Positions 21,601 to 32,069 of a DNA stretch of 64,000 nt are shown one piece after another. Each line of letters opens with the position of its first letter. The first letter of the stretch is position 1. Below the pieces are notes generated by a model that did no database searches, was not told the DNA's origin, and was given only the letters and a program-made list of their open reading frames with translations. Source of the stretch: Tortispora ganteri (lineage: Eukaryota); the NCBI GenBank assembly GCA_003707115.1, contig PPNB01000005.1, forward strand, positions 186,001 to 250,000, read 5' to 3'. Both the position numbers and the translations under genes were made by a program.

Positions 21601-21851
21601 ATCATCATTTCATTCATTACTCACCTTTCAATACTGATATTGGTTACTTTCTTTTCATAAATTACTTCACTGCTTCGCCACTTTCGCTCGGTCGCTATTT
21701 GATCGCGCCCTACAATTCATCTAACTTTCTACCGCGCCTATTCAGCCTCTCACGTTCTCACATTGCACGTGCGTTCTGCTGACTGTTCCAACTTCGCCTC
21801 CTAGGTTTCTCTCTGTCTCTTGCAGGACCCTCCTGCTGAGACTTTGTCATC
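18612..21851. other. 3.2 kb AT-rich, ORF-free intergenic block between divergent genes (candidate centromere or long divergent leaders)
   Basis: Longest non-coding stretch in the window; for example 20821-20880 has 11 G+C in 60 nt; no credible ORF. Confidence 0.4.
20962..21034. repeat. Imperfect tandem repeat, about 3.5 copies of a 20-22 bp unit (CAATTCATATTATCGATCRTTA)
   Basis: ATTCATAT recurs at about 20964, 20983, 21005 and 21027. Confidence 0.85.
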
Positions 21852-23267
21852 ATGGGAAGACGTAAAATCGAAATACGTCCTCTCGCAGATGAAAGGAGCC
21901 GTCAGGTTACTTTCCTCAAGAGAAAAAAAGGTCTCTTTCGGAAAGCTCATCAACTATCAGTGCTTTGTTCTGTTGATATCGCTATCATGATCATTGGCCC
22001 TAAAAAACGCCTTTTCGAGTTTTCATCTAATGGTAATATCGAACAAATAATCCATGATCGCTCTATTCTTGATCTCTACGAATCGAAATGTTCAAAAGAC
22101 TATGAAGACAGCGCCGGCGATGACGACGAAGATGATACAAATATTAAATCATATGACACTCATTCTGGTTCAGCTTCTATGTCCGCATCAAGAAATATGT
22201 CAAATGATTCTTCTGCTGCAGCATCAGATTTGCGCTCTGATCCGCATATATACTCCTACTCATCCGGCCTGCAACATTCTCAAGGATACTATACCTACGC
22301 TTCGCAACCTCTCGAATACGTTCAGCCTAGTCATCAACAATCTGAATCTCGCTACCAATACCATTACAACTCGTCAACCTATCCTGTTTCTGCAACACAA
22401 CCTGGAATGGCTTTTCAAGGTATATCTTCAATGACACAAAATCAGCAACACCAAGATCAGAATCAGGTCGACAACCGCCACATTTCACCCTCGAATTCAG
22501 CTCACGTTAATTACAATTCTGATAATTACCCGTCTTCTGCATCTACCCATTATATCATTAAAAACGAATCATCTGCTTGCTCGTATCCTTCCTCGAATGA
22601 TGCTATCCAGGGCTACTCTACTAAACCGCATTACATCCCGGTAAAGCGTCAAAACAGTACTGCTTCGAAGAGCGCATGTTTTTCCAGCTCTCCTGGCGAA
22701 ACTTCTGAGACATGCAAGCACAGCGCACTTGACCTTACTGCACCCGCTGTTAAGAAACCGAAACTGCATGTAGATATTCCCGGAAAAGATCAGGATGCTT
22801 CTACTGATTCAATGTCTGCTCAACAAAAAAATTCGCCAAAACCTCAGCCAGACTTTGCGAAGACTGCCGAGTCTGGCTTATCTCCTAGGGACAAGGCTGA
22901 AACCATCAGGTATCCAGCTGATTACAAGGACTACAATTTTGTTAACCAGTACAACCCATCAACAGGTGATTCTTCTACTGGTCCACTCCGTCCGAACCTT
23001 GATGCTGGCTCGATATCTGCTACGCTGCCTAGCCGATACATGAACGACCTATTCTCGTCTCCTTCGCTTCTATCGTCGTTCTATACGGGCCAGGACCCAA
23101 GTTCTGCGACACAGATGCCACGTGCTGCTCGAGCACCACAGGCAGCTAAAGACACAAACTCGAATTGGCGATCTCTGCATAATGCTGCCGACTCAGAAAG
23201 TAGTCATTCCAGCACCTCTGAGACTAATCGTGCTGTTGGTGTCACTGCAAGCGGAGATTCAACTTAG
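21852..23267 (+). CDS. RLM1: MEF2-type MADS-box transcription factor
   Basis: [58 protein letters not shown]-docking motif; LPSRYMNDL. Confidence 0.9.
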   Translation: MGRRKIEIRPLADERSRQVTFLKRKKGLFRKAHQLSVLCSVDIAIMIIGPKKRLFEFSSNGNIEQIIHDRSILDLYESKCSKDYEDSAGDDDEDDTNIKSYDTHSGSASMSASRNMSNDSSAAASDLRSDPHIYSYSSGLQHSQGYYTYASQPLEYVQPSHQQSESRYQYHYNSSTYPVSATQPGMAFQGISSMTQNQQHQDQNQVDNRHISPSNSAHVNYNSDNYPSSASTHYIIKNESSACSYPSSNDAIQGYSTKPHYIPVKRQNSTASKSACFSSSPGETSETCKHSALDLTAPAVKKPKLHVDIPGKDQDASTDSMSAQQKNSPKPQPDFAKTAESGLSPRDKAETIRYPADYKDYNFVNQYNPSTGDSSTGPLRPNLDAGSISATLPSRYMNDLFSSPSLLSSFYTGQDPSSATQMPRAARAPQAAKDTNSNWRSLHNAADSESSHSSTSETNRAVGVTASGDST

Positions 23268-23530
23268 AAACGAACACTACAGTCGATCTATCTAGTATTG
23301 GTCAATTGCCTGCACACTTACTTAATTTGCAGAAACTCTACATTTTCATGACTGTATATGGCTATAACTTATTACTCTTTATTTTTACTGATCTTTTGTC
23401 TCTGGTGTAACATATACGATCTATATTCCTAGACATTCCAGTTTGTAGGCGTAACTTTAGTTCTCTTCGGGACTACAATTACTCCCACCACTTCGACTAT
23501 TTTTTCGAAGGATTTTTAGTGTCTGCAGGC

Positions 23531-24046
23531 ATGTCCAAGACCAGAACGAAAACGAAAGCGAAATCGAAAAAAAACGCTTCAAATTCACAACGCGTGAATA
23601 AGATTGAAGCTGTGTCAGACACTGAAGCGCGGAACTTGCTAGCGCCGGGGATCTTGGATGATGAAGAGATCAAGGATACTAGCAAACGAGCTAAGAAAGT
23701 TGATCCGAGCATCAAAGTACCGGCATTAAATACATCAACGAGTCCGGCTGTACCAGTGAAACGAGGCAAAAAAGGCAAGCGATTTATTACAGACAATTCA
23801 CTTTCTCGGATCATAAGTGAGGTGAGCGCGAAGGTCGAGGACGCCGAGCAAAGCAGGCTCGAAAAGGCGAAAGCGCAAGAAGCAGTTCGTGAGTCTCGTA
23901 GAAGAGAGATAGAAGAAAAAGACAGTTTTAAGAAAAAACAAATCAGTGACAAGAAGCGGGATATTCGCGGACGCCACAAGAAACGTGAATCGGAACCGGA
24001 AAACGATACAAAGGTTACGAAAAAGAGAGTCAAATTTAATGTCTAG
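23531..24046 (+). CDS. LOC1: 60S assembly/export factor Loc1
   Basis: EARNLLA, KVPALNT, VKRGKKGKRF, SRLEKA, C-terminal KKRVKF. Confidence 0.8.
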   Translation: MSKTRTKTKAKSKKNASNSQRVNKIEAVSDTEARNLLAPGILDDEEIKDTSKRAKKVDPSIKVPALNTSTSPAVPVKRGKKGKRFITDNSLSRIISEVSAKVEDAEQSRLEKAKAQEAVRESRRREIEEKDSFKKKQISDKKRDIRGRHKKRESEPENDTKVTKKRVKFNV

Positions 24047-24066
24047 TAGTCTATGAATCTATGAAT

Positions 24067-25233
24067 CTATGCAATAGCATTAAGACACTTTGCAACCACA
24101 CGTGGGAACCAACGGCCATTGAATGGTTCAAACCAACCGATATGACCGCCTAGATCGGTAGTCACAAGGATTAAGTACGGATTGTACTTGACCTCGCTAA
24201 AAGGAATTGAATGCTTGGTTGCAATCGGGTCATCGGTAGAATGAATAATAACTGTAGGGACCTTAATACCGAAGATTCTGCGGATACTACTCGCTTCGCG
24301 ATAATATTCGGTTGCACAATGGTAGCCACTACGGGGTGCCGTAAAAGCATCATCGAAATCAGTCAAATACTTTGCTTGCATAGCGCGTTCTATATCTGAC
24401 CCATCACCAGGACCACCTTGTGAAAGAATACCTTTATGACGTTTAATAATACGAGCCAATCCTTTAGTCATATACTCCGAAAACCAAACGCCGAATTTAG
24501 TAGATGTCAATTCTATATTTGACACATTTAGATCCCATGGGTTTGCAATAATAGCTGCACCTTCAAATCCACAATCTTCTCCTGTTTCACCGAGATAGTT
24601 CGCCATAATGCTACCACCGAGACTGAATCCCATACCGAACATCTTGCGGTTCGGGTACCGTTGTTTTAGCAGTTTCATCACTTCAGTTATATCTTTTATC
24701 CACTCTGCATTAAACATTTCAGGAACCACAACATCTGATCGGCCACAACCACGAGAATTCAATACAACACATTCAAATCCTTTTTCTAGCAATGCAGTTA
24801 TCGTTGCACGAACATAAGACTCGTGACTACCACCTGATAGTCCGTGTAGAATAACCGCGAACTTTTTAGTGTCATCGCTAGGTTTAAGCAAAGGGCTGTT
24901 ATTATCAAGAACCATCGTACGCGCTTGTAATTTTGGATCACCTTTAAATGATTCATCAGGTTCGGCAATAACATGATCGAGCGCTACTATTGCACCATCA
25001 GATATCTTAATTAGTTCACGACCATAATGAATAAGATCTAACTTCGTTGAATCGCTAGCCCCAGCATAAATAGTCTGCATGGTTCCTGAAGGTAGCGAAA
25101 ATGCTGAAATGTATGAAGCTCCAGGCGCTATTTCTTCACAATTCTCGACAAGTAATTCATTTAGTTTCTTGCCTTTTACTTCGACTATATTGTCGCTAAA
25201 ATCAAGATGTACATTCGATCTCCATCCAACCAT
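24067..25233 (-). CDS. AB hydrolase-4 family acyl-CoA:ethanol acyltransferase/esterase (Eht1/Eeb1-like)
   Basis: LHGLSGGSHESYVR, NSRGC, GFSLGG nucleophile, DDPI, GGHIGWF. Confidence 0.9.
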   Translation of the reverse strand: MVGWRSNVHLDFSDNIVEVKGKKLNELLVENCEEIAPGASYISAFSLPSGTMQTIYAGASDSTKLDLIHYGRELIKISDGAIVALDHVIAEPDESFKGDPKLQARTMVLDNNSPLLKPSDDTKKFAVILHGLSGGSHESYVRATITALLEKGFECVVLNSRGCGRSDVVVPEMFNAEWIKDITEVMKLLKQRYPNRKMFGMGFSLGGSIMANYLGETGEDCGFEGAAIIANPWDLNVSNIELTSTKFGVWFSEYMTKGLARIIKRHKGILSQGGPGDGSDIERAMQAKYLTDFDDAFTAPRSGYHCATEYYREASSIRRIFGIKVPTVIIHSTDDPIATKHSIPFSEVKYNPYLILVTTDLGGHIGWFEPFNGRWFPRVVAKCLNAIA

Positions 25234-25607
25234 TATATTGTAGTGTCAATTTACAAAAAGATCCTAAAAGAAGGAAAAGTATAGAATAAGTCAAAGTATA
25301 TACAAAGGAAATTCTACACTATAATTTAGAACGTTTAATGCCGAGATCCCGGATTAATTCTTAACAATATGCTTGGCTGCTAGTTCACAAGATTGTTCCT
25401 CGGCAACTTCAAGGCTCGGAGTTCACGTGTAGCAAAACCTTATTTCCGATAAAAACTTTATTTTCAATTTGGCAACTTGAAAATCCACCCGATATAGCAT
25501 CTACCACTAATTTATGCCTGCAATTAAAAGAAATAAACCTGAATGCGAAATTAAATAATCTCAAGATTATATTGTAGGATTTTTTTTGTCTCTGTAACTC
25601 CATCATA

Positions 25608-25723
25608 ACGCGTTCTTTAGTACAGTAAATCTTTAACTTTGGGATAATAATTAACGAAAAACTCATACACCTTTACTCGAACGCGTTCATACACGCTTTA
25701 AACGCGCTTTAAACACGTTTAAC
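25608..25723 (+). promoter_or_regulatory. Cluster of MCB-like ACGCGT/ACGCG elements upstream of the Scc4-like gene
   Basis: ACGCGT at 25608 and 25681, ACGCG at 25702, within degenerate ACGC..TTTAA repeats. Confidence 0.5.
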
Positions 25724-25745
25724 CATCTATTTCTCATAAAACACT

Positions 25746-27317
25746 ATGCTAAATACGCTTCTTAGTCTTGCTAAACAATACGCAGAACATTGTGGCAGTC
25801 AGCCTGCAGTTTTCGCAGCATCTATAGCGTGCATAGACGCAATTCTCGATTCTCCTGACGCCGATCCATTTTATACCGCAGCAGCATTAGCATTGAAATC
25901 ACAAACACTCTTCAAAAATACAACAGAATTAGAAGAAGCTAAAGAATGTTATCTTCAAGCAAAATCTATTATAAAATCATATAATCTGAAATCTTTAGAC
26001 GCAATAATGTCTGAACTTGACGCGATTTTCACAGTTCCTATCCCTTCAACTGTCGTATCAAACCCCTTCACACAACTTATACCTACAGTCGAACACGCTA
26101 TACGAACTAAACAATGGCTTGCATTAGCACATTCAGTACTTTCATGCTCGGAACAATCCGATGATCTCACAAAAATACATATACTTTGCTCCCTCGATGC
26201 CGCTCTCCGTGCTAACGACTACCCTCGCGTAAACGAACTCCTTCCTTTGCTTCAAAATTATCCAAATCTCCGCGTATATGGAGATATATATAATGCACTT
26301 GCTATTCTTTCTTCTGGCAGGCTCCCAGATGAATCAGCACTGGCTGAGCTACTCATCCGATTACGCGCCATGCTCAACGAACTGCCACACTCTATCGAGA
26401 TCAATTACGGCTTGCTTTCTCTCCGTCTAATCATACCACTCGTTCCATTGCGCCAGGTACTCACTACATTCTTCTACGAAATGACTGCTACCAATCCTTT
26501 GTATCCAGTACCAGCAACAAGCGTTCCAAAATACATTGTGGCCGATGACACTTTATCCAGTCTCCCGTATTCTTCCTCTTCTCTGATGTCTGAATTCGTC
26601 CTCAGCTGCATGCAGCTCAACGTCTTGCGAGTTTACTGTGATATTCTCACAGAAATGCGTAAGAATGGCGTATGGACAACTGTCACAAAGGCTAAGGAAC
26701 TAGCAAATGATGCAGAAACACTCGCAGGGTCAAACCCGGCCTTGCTCTCCCTGCCACTCGTGACCGGCGCCTTCATCAAACAGTGCCGCGGGAATACAGA
26801 CCAGGCAGTAGCTCTATATAATGACGCAAAATCAGTCTGCCCACAGAATTGGACCGACTTGCTTGCTGCTATCGATATCAATCTCTACCGCACAGATAAC
26901 CTGCCAGCCATAACTCTCACCGAACAAACGCCTTTGCTCGTCAAACAACTATATCAGCTGGCTAATAATGAACCAGTAACCGATCTCAATACTGGCTCAC
27001 ACCCAATGGTCCTTATTGAATCATATTTCGTTGGATCAAAATCAGAAACACAATATGGCATCGCTATGCTAGAAAAAAGCTATAACCTAGCTCACGATAG
27101 CTGTCTCATTGCATGGTGTTATATGGTCTTGCACCATATACACTCATTAGATTTAGCTCGCGCGCAAAGGGAGATAAATGTTTTCGATTCTGTGAAACAG
27201 GCTATATCTATACTCCTAAAGACCTCAAATCCGTCTAAAAGACGTCGTCTTCATAGAGATATACCGCCAAATAATTCATCATTATGTAATACAAGGGATC
27301 AGGCAGTCGTTTCCTGA
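25746..27317 (+). CDS. Putative cohesin loader subunit Scc4/MAU2 (helical repeat protein)
   Basis: N-terminal LLSLAKQY...ASIACIDAIL...LFKNTTELEEAKECY resembles the fungal Scc4 N-terminus; MCB-like sites upstream. Confidence 0.5.
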   Translation: MLNTLLSLAKQYAEHCGSQPAVFAASIACIDAILDSPDADPFYTAAALALKSQTLFKNTTELEEAKECYLQAKSIIKSYNLKSLDAIMSELDAIFTVPIPSTVVSNPFTQLIPTVEHAIRTKQWLALAHSVLSCSEQSDDLTKIHILCSLDAALRANDYPRVNELLPLLQNYPNLRVYGDIYNALAILSSGRLPDESALAELLIRLRAMLNELPHSIEINYGLLSLRLIIPLVPLRQVLTTFFYEMTATNPLYPVPATSVPKYIVADDTLSSLPYSSSSLMSEFVLSCMQLNVLRVYCDILTEMRKNGVWTTVTKAKELANDAETLAGSNPALLSLPLVTGAFIKQCRGNTDQAVALYNDAKSVCPQNWTDLLAAIDINLYRTDNLPAITLTEQTPLLVKQLYQLANNEPVTDLNTGSHPMVLIESYFVGSKSETQYGIAMLEKSYNLAHDSCLIAWCYMVLHHIHSLDLARAQREINVFDSVKQAISILLKTSNPSKRRRLHRDIPPNNSSLCNTRDQAVVS

Positions 27318-27389
27318 CCGTTATGGTTAACAGCACACATAATAACATTGCTTTTCAATATAAACCAATTTTATCGACATCCATACGCT

Positions 27390-28180
27390 TTAAATATCCG
27401 GAGCTCCACCACCTCGAATCCGTCGCGCTAATTGGATGTCTTTCTGCATGATCGTAACGCGCTTAGCATGCAGCGCACAAAGATTAGCGTCTTCAAAAAG
27501 ATGAATCAGGTATGCTTCAGTAGCCTCTTGCAGAGCTAATAATGCCATACTTTGGAACCGCAGTTCTGCGCCATTAGGTTTCAATGAACTCCATCGTTGT
27601 GCTATTTCACGGACTACGCGGGCAAAGGGAAGCTTGCGTAATAATAGGTCTGTGCTCTTCTGATAGGCTCTAATTTCTCGTAGAGCTTTGACACCAGGTT
27701 TGTAGCGGGGCCGTTTTCTCACGCCCTGATCAGATAGGCGCGTGGAAGAAGCAGTAGGCCTTATTTGTGAAGTAGGTACTGATTTAAGTGCTCGTGATCC
27801 CGTAGGCGTGCTCGATTTGGATCTAGACCCAGATCCAGATCTTGGCAAAGTTTTTGTTCCAGGTTTACTTGGTGAGCGTGACGGAGTGCGTGTTGGCGCC
27901 GGTAGTGTTTTTGAGGACGAAGCAGGCACTGATTTGCCAGAGGCATTACCAGGGACCAAAGATGCTGCAGACGATTTAACTCGTTTCAATGCAGCTTTAA
28001 GTGAGTCCGATCCAGACAAAAAAGTCTCCCTTACAGTTAGTGGATCTAATGGGAAGGTTAGTATGCAAACGTTAAACGATTCGTAGCGATGTAGGTATAC
28101 TACTTACCAGTGCTGGCAGAGGCTTGTAAAGGAGACCCTTCTGAGCCCGATGAGATGCTTTGCCTTTGTTTTGCAGACAT
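27390..28180 (-). CDS. CSE4: Centromeric histone H3 variant CENP-A; two exons (28108-28180, 27390-28045), intron 28046-28107
   Basis: Histone fold [30 protein letters not shown], loop-1 insertion [20 protein letters not shown]; non-H3 N-tail; 62-nt intron GTAAGT...TACTAAC...TAG joins ATG 28180 in frame. Confidence 0.92.
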
Positions 28181-28633
28181 TCAAACAAAATGAAATTAAT
28201 TTCTGCACAAAGTAAAAAGATATAGTCAATATAAAAGAGCCTTAGACGTATAAATCTTCGAAACAAAAATGACTAAATGAAAGATGCAATCCATAAACAA
28301 TGAATCGGCGGTAGTGATCTGTTGCTATGCCAACAAATCCGCGTCAAGACCAGGTACACTTATGACAACAACTGATTGCGGAAGTGACTACAATGGACTA
28401 TTGTGTTTAAAAAAGCGATGCTGCATTCTGTAAACAAACAAGAAATTAAATATTAATTAGAAATGAACAAGACGACAAAGATAAAACTGATAAGAATGAG
28501 ACAAAATAGCCATGAAAGTGGAAGAACGAGACACAGTATTGCAAGGCATCGCTGTTGATGCTCCACATATAGTGGACGTGGTTCTGGAGCTTTCGTTTTA
28601 AAACGATTTCATCGTTCTTTTTAGTGTGGAAGA

Positions 28634-30103
28634 TTAAACCTCAGCGGTGGGAGCGTCTGACTTCTCTTCAGGCATCGGGGTAACAACGCCCGAAGGGGCA
28701 GTAACACCAGCTTTGCCGTGAACAAAAGAAACGTCATACGTCTCAAAGACTTTGTCAAGAGAGATCTCTCCAATGGTTTCGCCACCCATTTGGCAGTAAT
28801 CGAGGCCGGCGAGTTCATCTTCCTCAGAGACACGGAACTTAAGTCCAGGAATGTAATTGATCATATTGAAGAGGATGGATGTGACGACAATAGACCATCC
28901 GAAAATGACGAGAATTTCTGCTATCTGCCATCCGAGCTGAACGTAATTGTGGTTCAACCAACCTTGTGCATCAGTACTGCCATCGAGTAACGAGACCCAA
29001 TTATTGGCGAAAAGACCAGTGAAGATAGCACCCCAGGCACCAGCAATACCGTGCAGACGGTAGACATCCAAACCCTCATCGATTCTGATCCAGAGCGTAA
29101 GGTTTTCGCAAGCAGCGCAAATACCGGCAACAAGGAAACCGATAATGGCAGCAAAGTATACAGGAACGAAACCAGCAGCCGGTGTAATACCGACTAATCC
29201 GGCAATTATACCTTCGCAGGCACCCGGGAGTGTGAAATGCCTACCCTTCATGAAGTACTCAACGAAGGAGTATCCAAGCATACCAGTGGAGGCAGCAAGA
29301 TTAGTATTGACAAGGGCGTAACCAGCGCGTACAGTGGCATTACCAGTGGAGCCACCGTTGAATCCAAACCAGCCGAACCAGATAAAGCAAGTACCAATGA
29401 ACATGAGAGTGGAATTGTGAGGCTTGTTACGTTGGACCTTCTTCTCTTTGGTTTCGGGATCGATGCGCTTGCCGAGCCAGAATGCGACAGCAAGAGCGGA
29501 AAATCCTGATGACATGTGCACAGGGCCACCACCGGCGAAATCAAGGGCTCCGTGGGAAGCTAGCCAGCCGTTGCCATTCCATGTCCAGTAGGCGACAGGG
29601 CAGTACACTACCGTGCACCAGCAAAAGGCGAACAACATGAGTGGTACAGTTCTAGCACGCTCGAAGAAACCGCCAATCATAATCATGACCGTGCAGACAG
29701 CGAACATGCCTTGATAGAAGCAGTATACGATCTCAGGAAGGTAGCCGACCGGAAGAGCTACGACATTCATTAAGGCGAAGGCATCAAGATTTCCAAGAAA
29801 AACTGAGGAAGAAGTGTGTGAATAGACGAGGGAATATCCCCAGAAGAACCATTGAAACGATATAAGCGATGAAACCATTAAACAGTTCCATAACATGGTA
29901 GCACCGGAAGTGCGCTTACCTTGGCCAGCATATAGCAGACCCAGACCAGGAACAATGTACCAGACAAGCGCGCCGGCAACCATAATCCAGACATACTGGA
30001 AACCGACACCAGCTTCGACGTATGGGAGGTTGATGTCATATACATGTGAGTTACCTCCAGCAGCGGTCCACTCATCAGCAGGAATAGTTGGTTCAGCACT
30101 CAT
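28634..30103 (-). CDS. MEP: Ammonium transporter, Amt/Mep family
   Basis: FQWFFWGYSL, DFAGGGPVH, WFGWFGFNGGS, AGLVGITPAAG, LHGIAG; GATA sites and TATA box in the upstream region. Confidence 0.96.
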   Translation of the reverse strand: MSAEPTIPADEWTAAGGNSHVYDINLPYVEAGVGFQYVWIMVAGALVWYIVPGLGLLYAGQGKRTSGATMLWNCLMVSSLISFQWFFWGYSLVYSHTSSSVFLGNLDAFALMNVVALPVGYLPEIVYCFYQGMFAVCTVMIMIGGFFERARTVPLMLFAFCWCTVVYCPVAYWTWNGNGWLASHGALDFAGGGPVHMSSGFSALAVAFWLGKRIDPETKEKKVQRNKPHNSTLMFIGTCFIWFGWFGFNGGSTGNATVRAGYALVNTNLAASTGMLGYSFVEYFMKGRHFTLPGACEGIIAGLVGITPAAGFVPVYFAAIIGFLVAGICAACENLTLWIRIDEGLDVYRLHGIAGAWGAIFTGLFANNWVSLLDGSTDAQGWLNHNYVQLGWQIAEILVIFGWSIVVTSILFNMINYIPGLKFRVSEEDELAGLDYCQMGGETIGEISLDKVFETYDVSFVHGKAGVTAPSGVVTPMPEEKSDAPTAEV

Positions 30104-32069
30104 GTTTGGGAATAAGTTTATGAATGACTTTACTCTGAGCGGCGAGCAGTGCTATTTATATAAGACAAGCTCTGCGATAATAAGCTAAGCTATTGTTGAT
30201 CTGCCATTAGGCAGTAAATAAGACCACCCCCACTCGGGATTCTTCGGGAAATGCATTTGTATGTACTATGTTAACCCATAGTACATACAAAATAGCACCC
30301 ATTGCGCCTGAAAAAGCCCAAAGAATGATCACCTTAAGGTTTTCATGAACATAACTATAACCTAAATGTGATGTGGAGATTTCGACTCGAGCAACGCACC
30401 AACCACAGCCCTTGTCTTTCACGGGGATGAATCATTAGTCACTCCGACTCTTCGATCATCCAATAACATTCGCACGATTCTTGTTAGACATCCGGAACGA
30501 TAACTGCTAGTCTCCAACAATTGGCTAAGATCATTGGTCAATTTTCCTAAATCCATAGTGTTTATCTTCCTCCTTATCGAACCAATCACCAATTTCAAAC
30601 TTCGAGCTTTTACAAACGAAACGGCGCTGTTTTCAAACTTTATTTTCTCTTAATTTGTCACCATTGGTTGATATATTTTCGTTCAGTCTTATACTTAATT
30701 CTATTTCTGCGAATCACGGTACTTCCTCTTATCAATGAACCAGCTCCGTCCTCTTTTATTTAGCCTTTGTTCCGTGTCAATGTTTTCCAAATTTGATCAG
30801 AAAGAAATGCTGCGATTGTCCTCGGTTATTTCCCCTATGCGCACTGTTATAGTCGAGGGAGTGAGTGCCCTCTCATAATGCACAGTCTGCCTCTTGAATA
30901 ATTGCAATTGATTTATTCTGGCCGTTGATGCAATATCATCGATACTGTTGCCCTTTGACCGATCATCCTTAATTAGGATCGATCTCTTGGCTTACCTCAT
31001 GCCATCCGGTTGTGGTACCTAGGGGTCATATACAGTTTGTTTTTATCACACAAAAAAAAGCTTACTTCAGCCTTTTCGATTACTTTTTTCTAATGCCTGC
31101 ACCGACTCCGAAACGTGATCCCCAGCTACGGCCAAACAGTTCATTCGTTCTTCGCCTACCAAAGAATCTTTCGACGGATTTAGTGCCTGTTCTCTCAAGG
31201 TATCGCGTAATGGCCTATCGACCCGAACTGCAGTGTACCTAGCCTACCAGATTTGATAAACAGCTTTACTTTTTCAGTATAAACATGCCGGCAGTATACT
31301 ATTCCAGTTATCATGCGCATTTTTTTTTTTTTTTGACTTTTCGGTCATCTGTTGCGCGCTGCTGTAAATGTGGCAGGTTAGTTTAAACTTTTACTTCGCT
31401 GAAATCATCCTTTTACCGGACATCTAACCGCCCAATAAATATACGCGCCAACGTTTATTATTCGCATACCTCGTGCTTTCTTTTAATTTTTTCTGGCTTG
31501 CTCCTGCTAAATATTTCTGAGCTGAAATAGTCATTAGAAATTACCTAAAGTATTTCATTAATCAGCAATGTCTTTCGTTGTTGCGAGAGCTGCATTTTTA
31601 CAAAACTACTAAGATTTTTATGATGTAAAAGTAAAAACCGTTAGTTAACTAATTATATCAAGGTAACTCCTTTGAAACCTTATTTATTTTTATATTTTTT
31701 CCTCTAAATCGGGCCCTCGCCTTATTGTAGTTATCTGAGTAAACATTACCAAAAAAGCAGCAATTAGTGTCATATTTGCATTATTAGCTCGTGGCCGCTA
31801 GCGCTAGTTTTCTGAAAGAACACTTTTCTAAACGCTACCATTGCTGCGCCAATTGGCCTACTCCACGGAATCACGGCTGACCGACAACGGCTAGCTCATC
31901 GCCTTAAAGTTTCATGCCTCATTAATAACATCCACAGAGGTAACGCTATTTGTAAAGATGAAACTCTATTACCTATTCATGTATAGTGTCAGGACTAAAT
32001 AACAGTTAGTCTTGAGCGAATCGCTGGATTCACATTGCAACCAAACATTCCCCTAATCCGCAAGCATGT

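Noticed and set aside
18612..21851. Degenerate transposon, LTR or mitochondrial insertion as the source of the AT-rich block
   Set aside because: No terminal repeats, transposase/RT remnants or mitochondrial gene fragments were recognisable by eye
30521..30533. TTGGCTAAGATCA, identical to a U2 snRNA 5' segment
   Set aside because: Not followed by the branch-pairing GTGTAGTA, and no flanking U2 sequence
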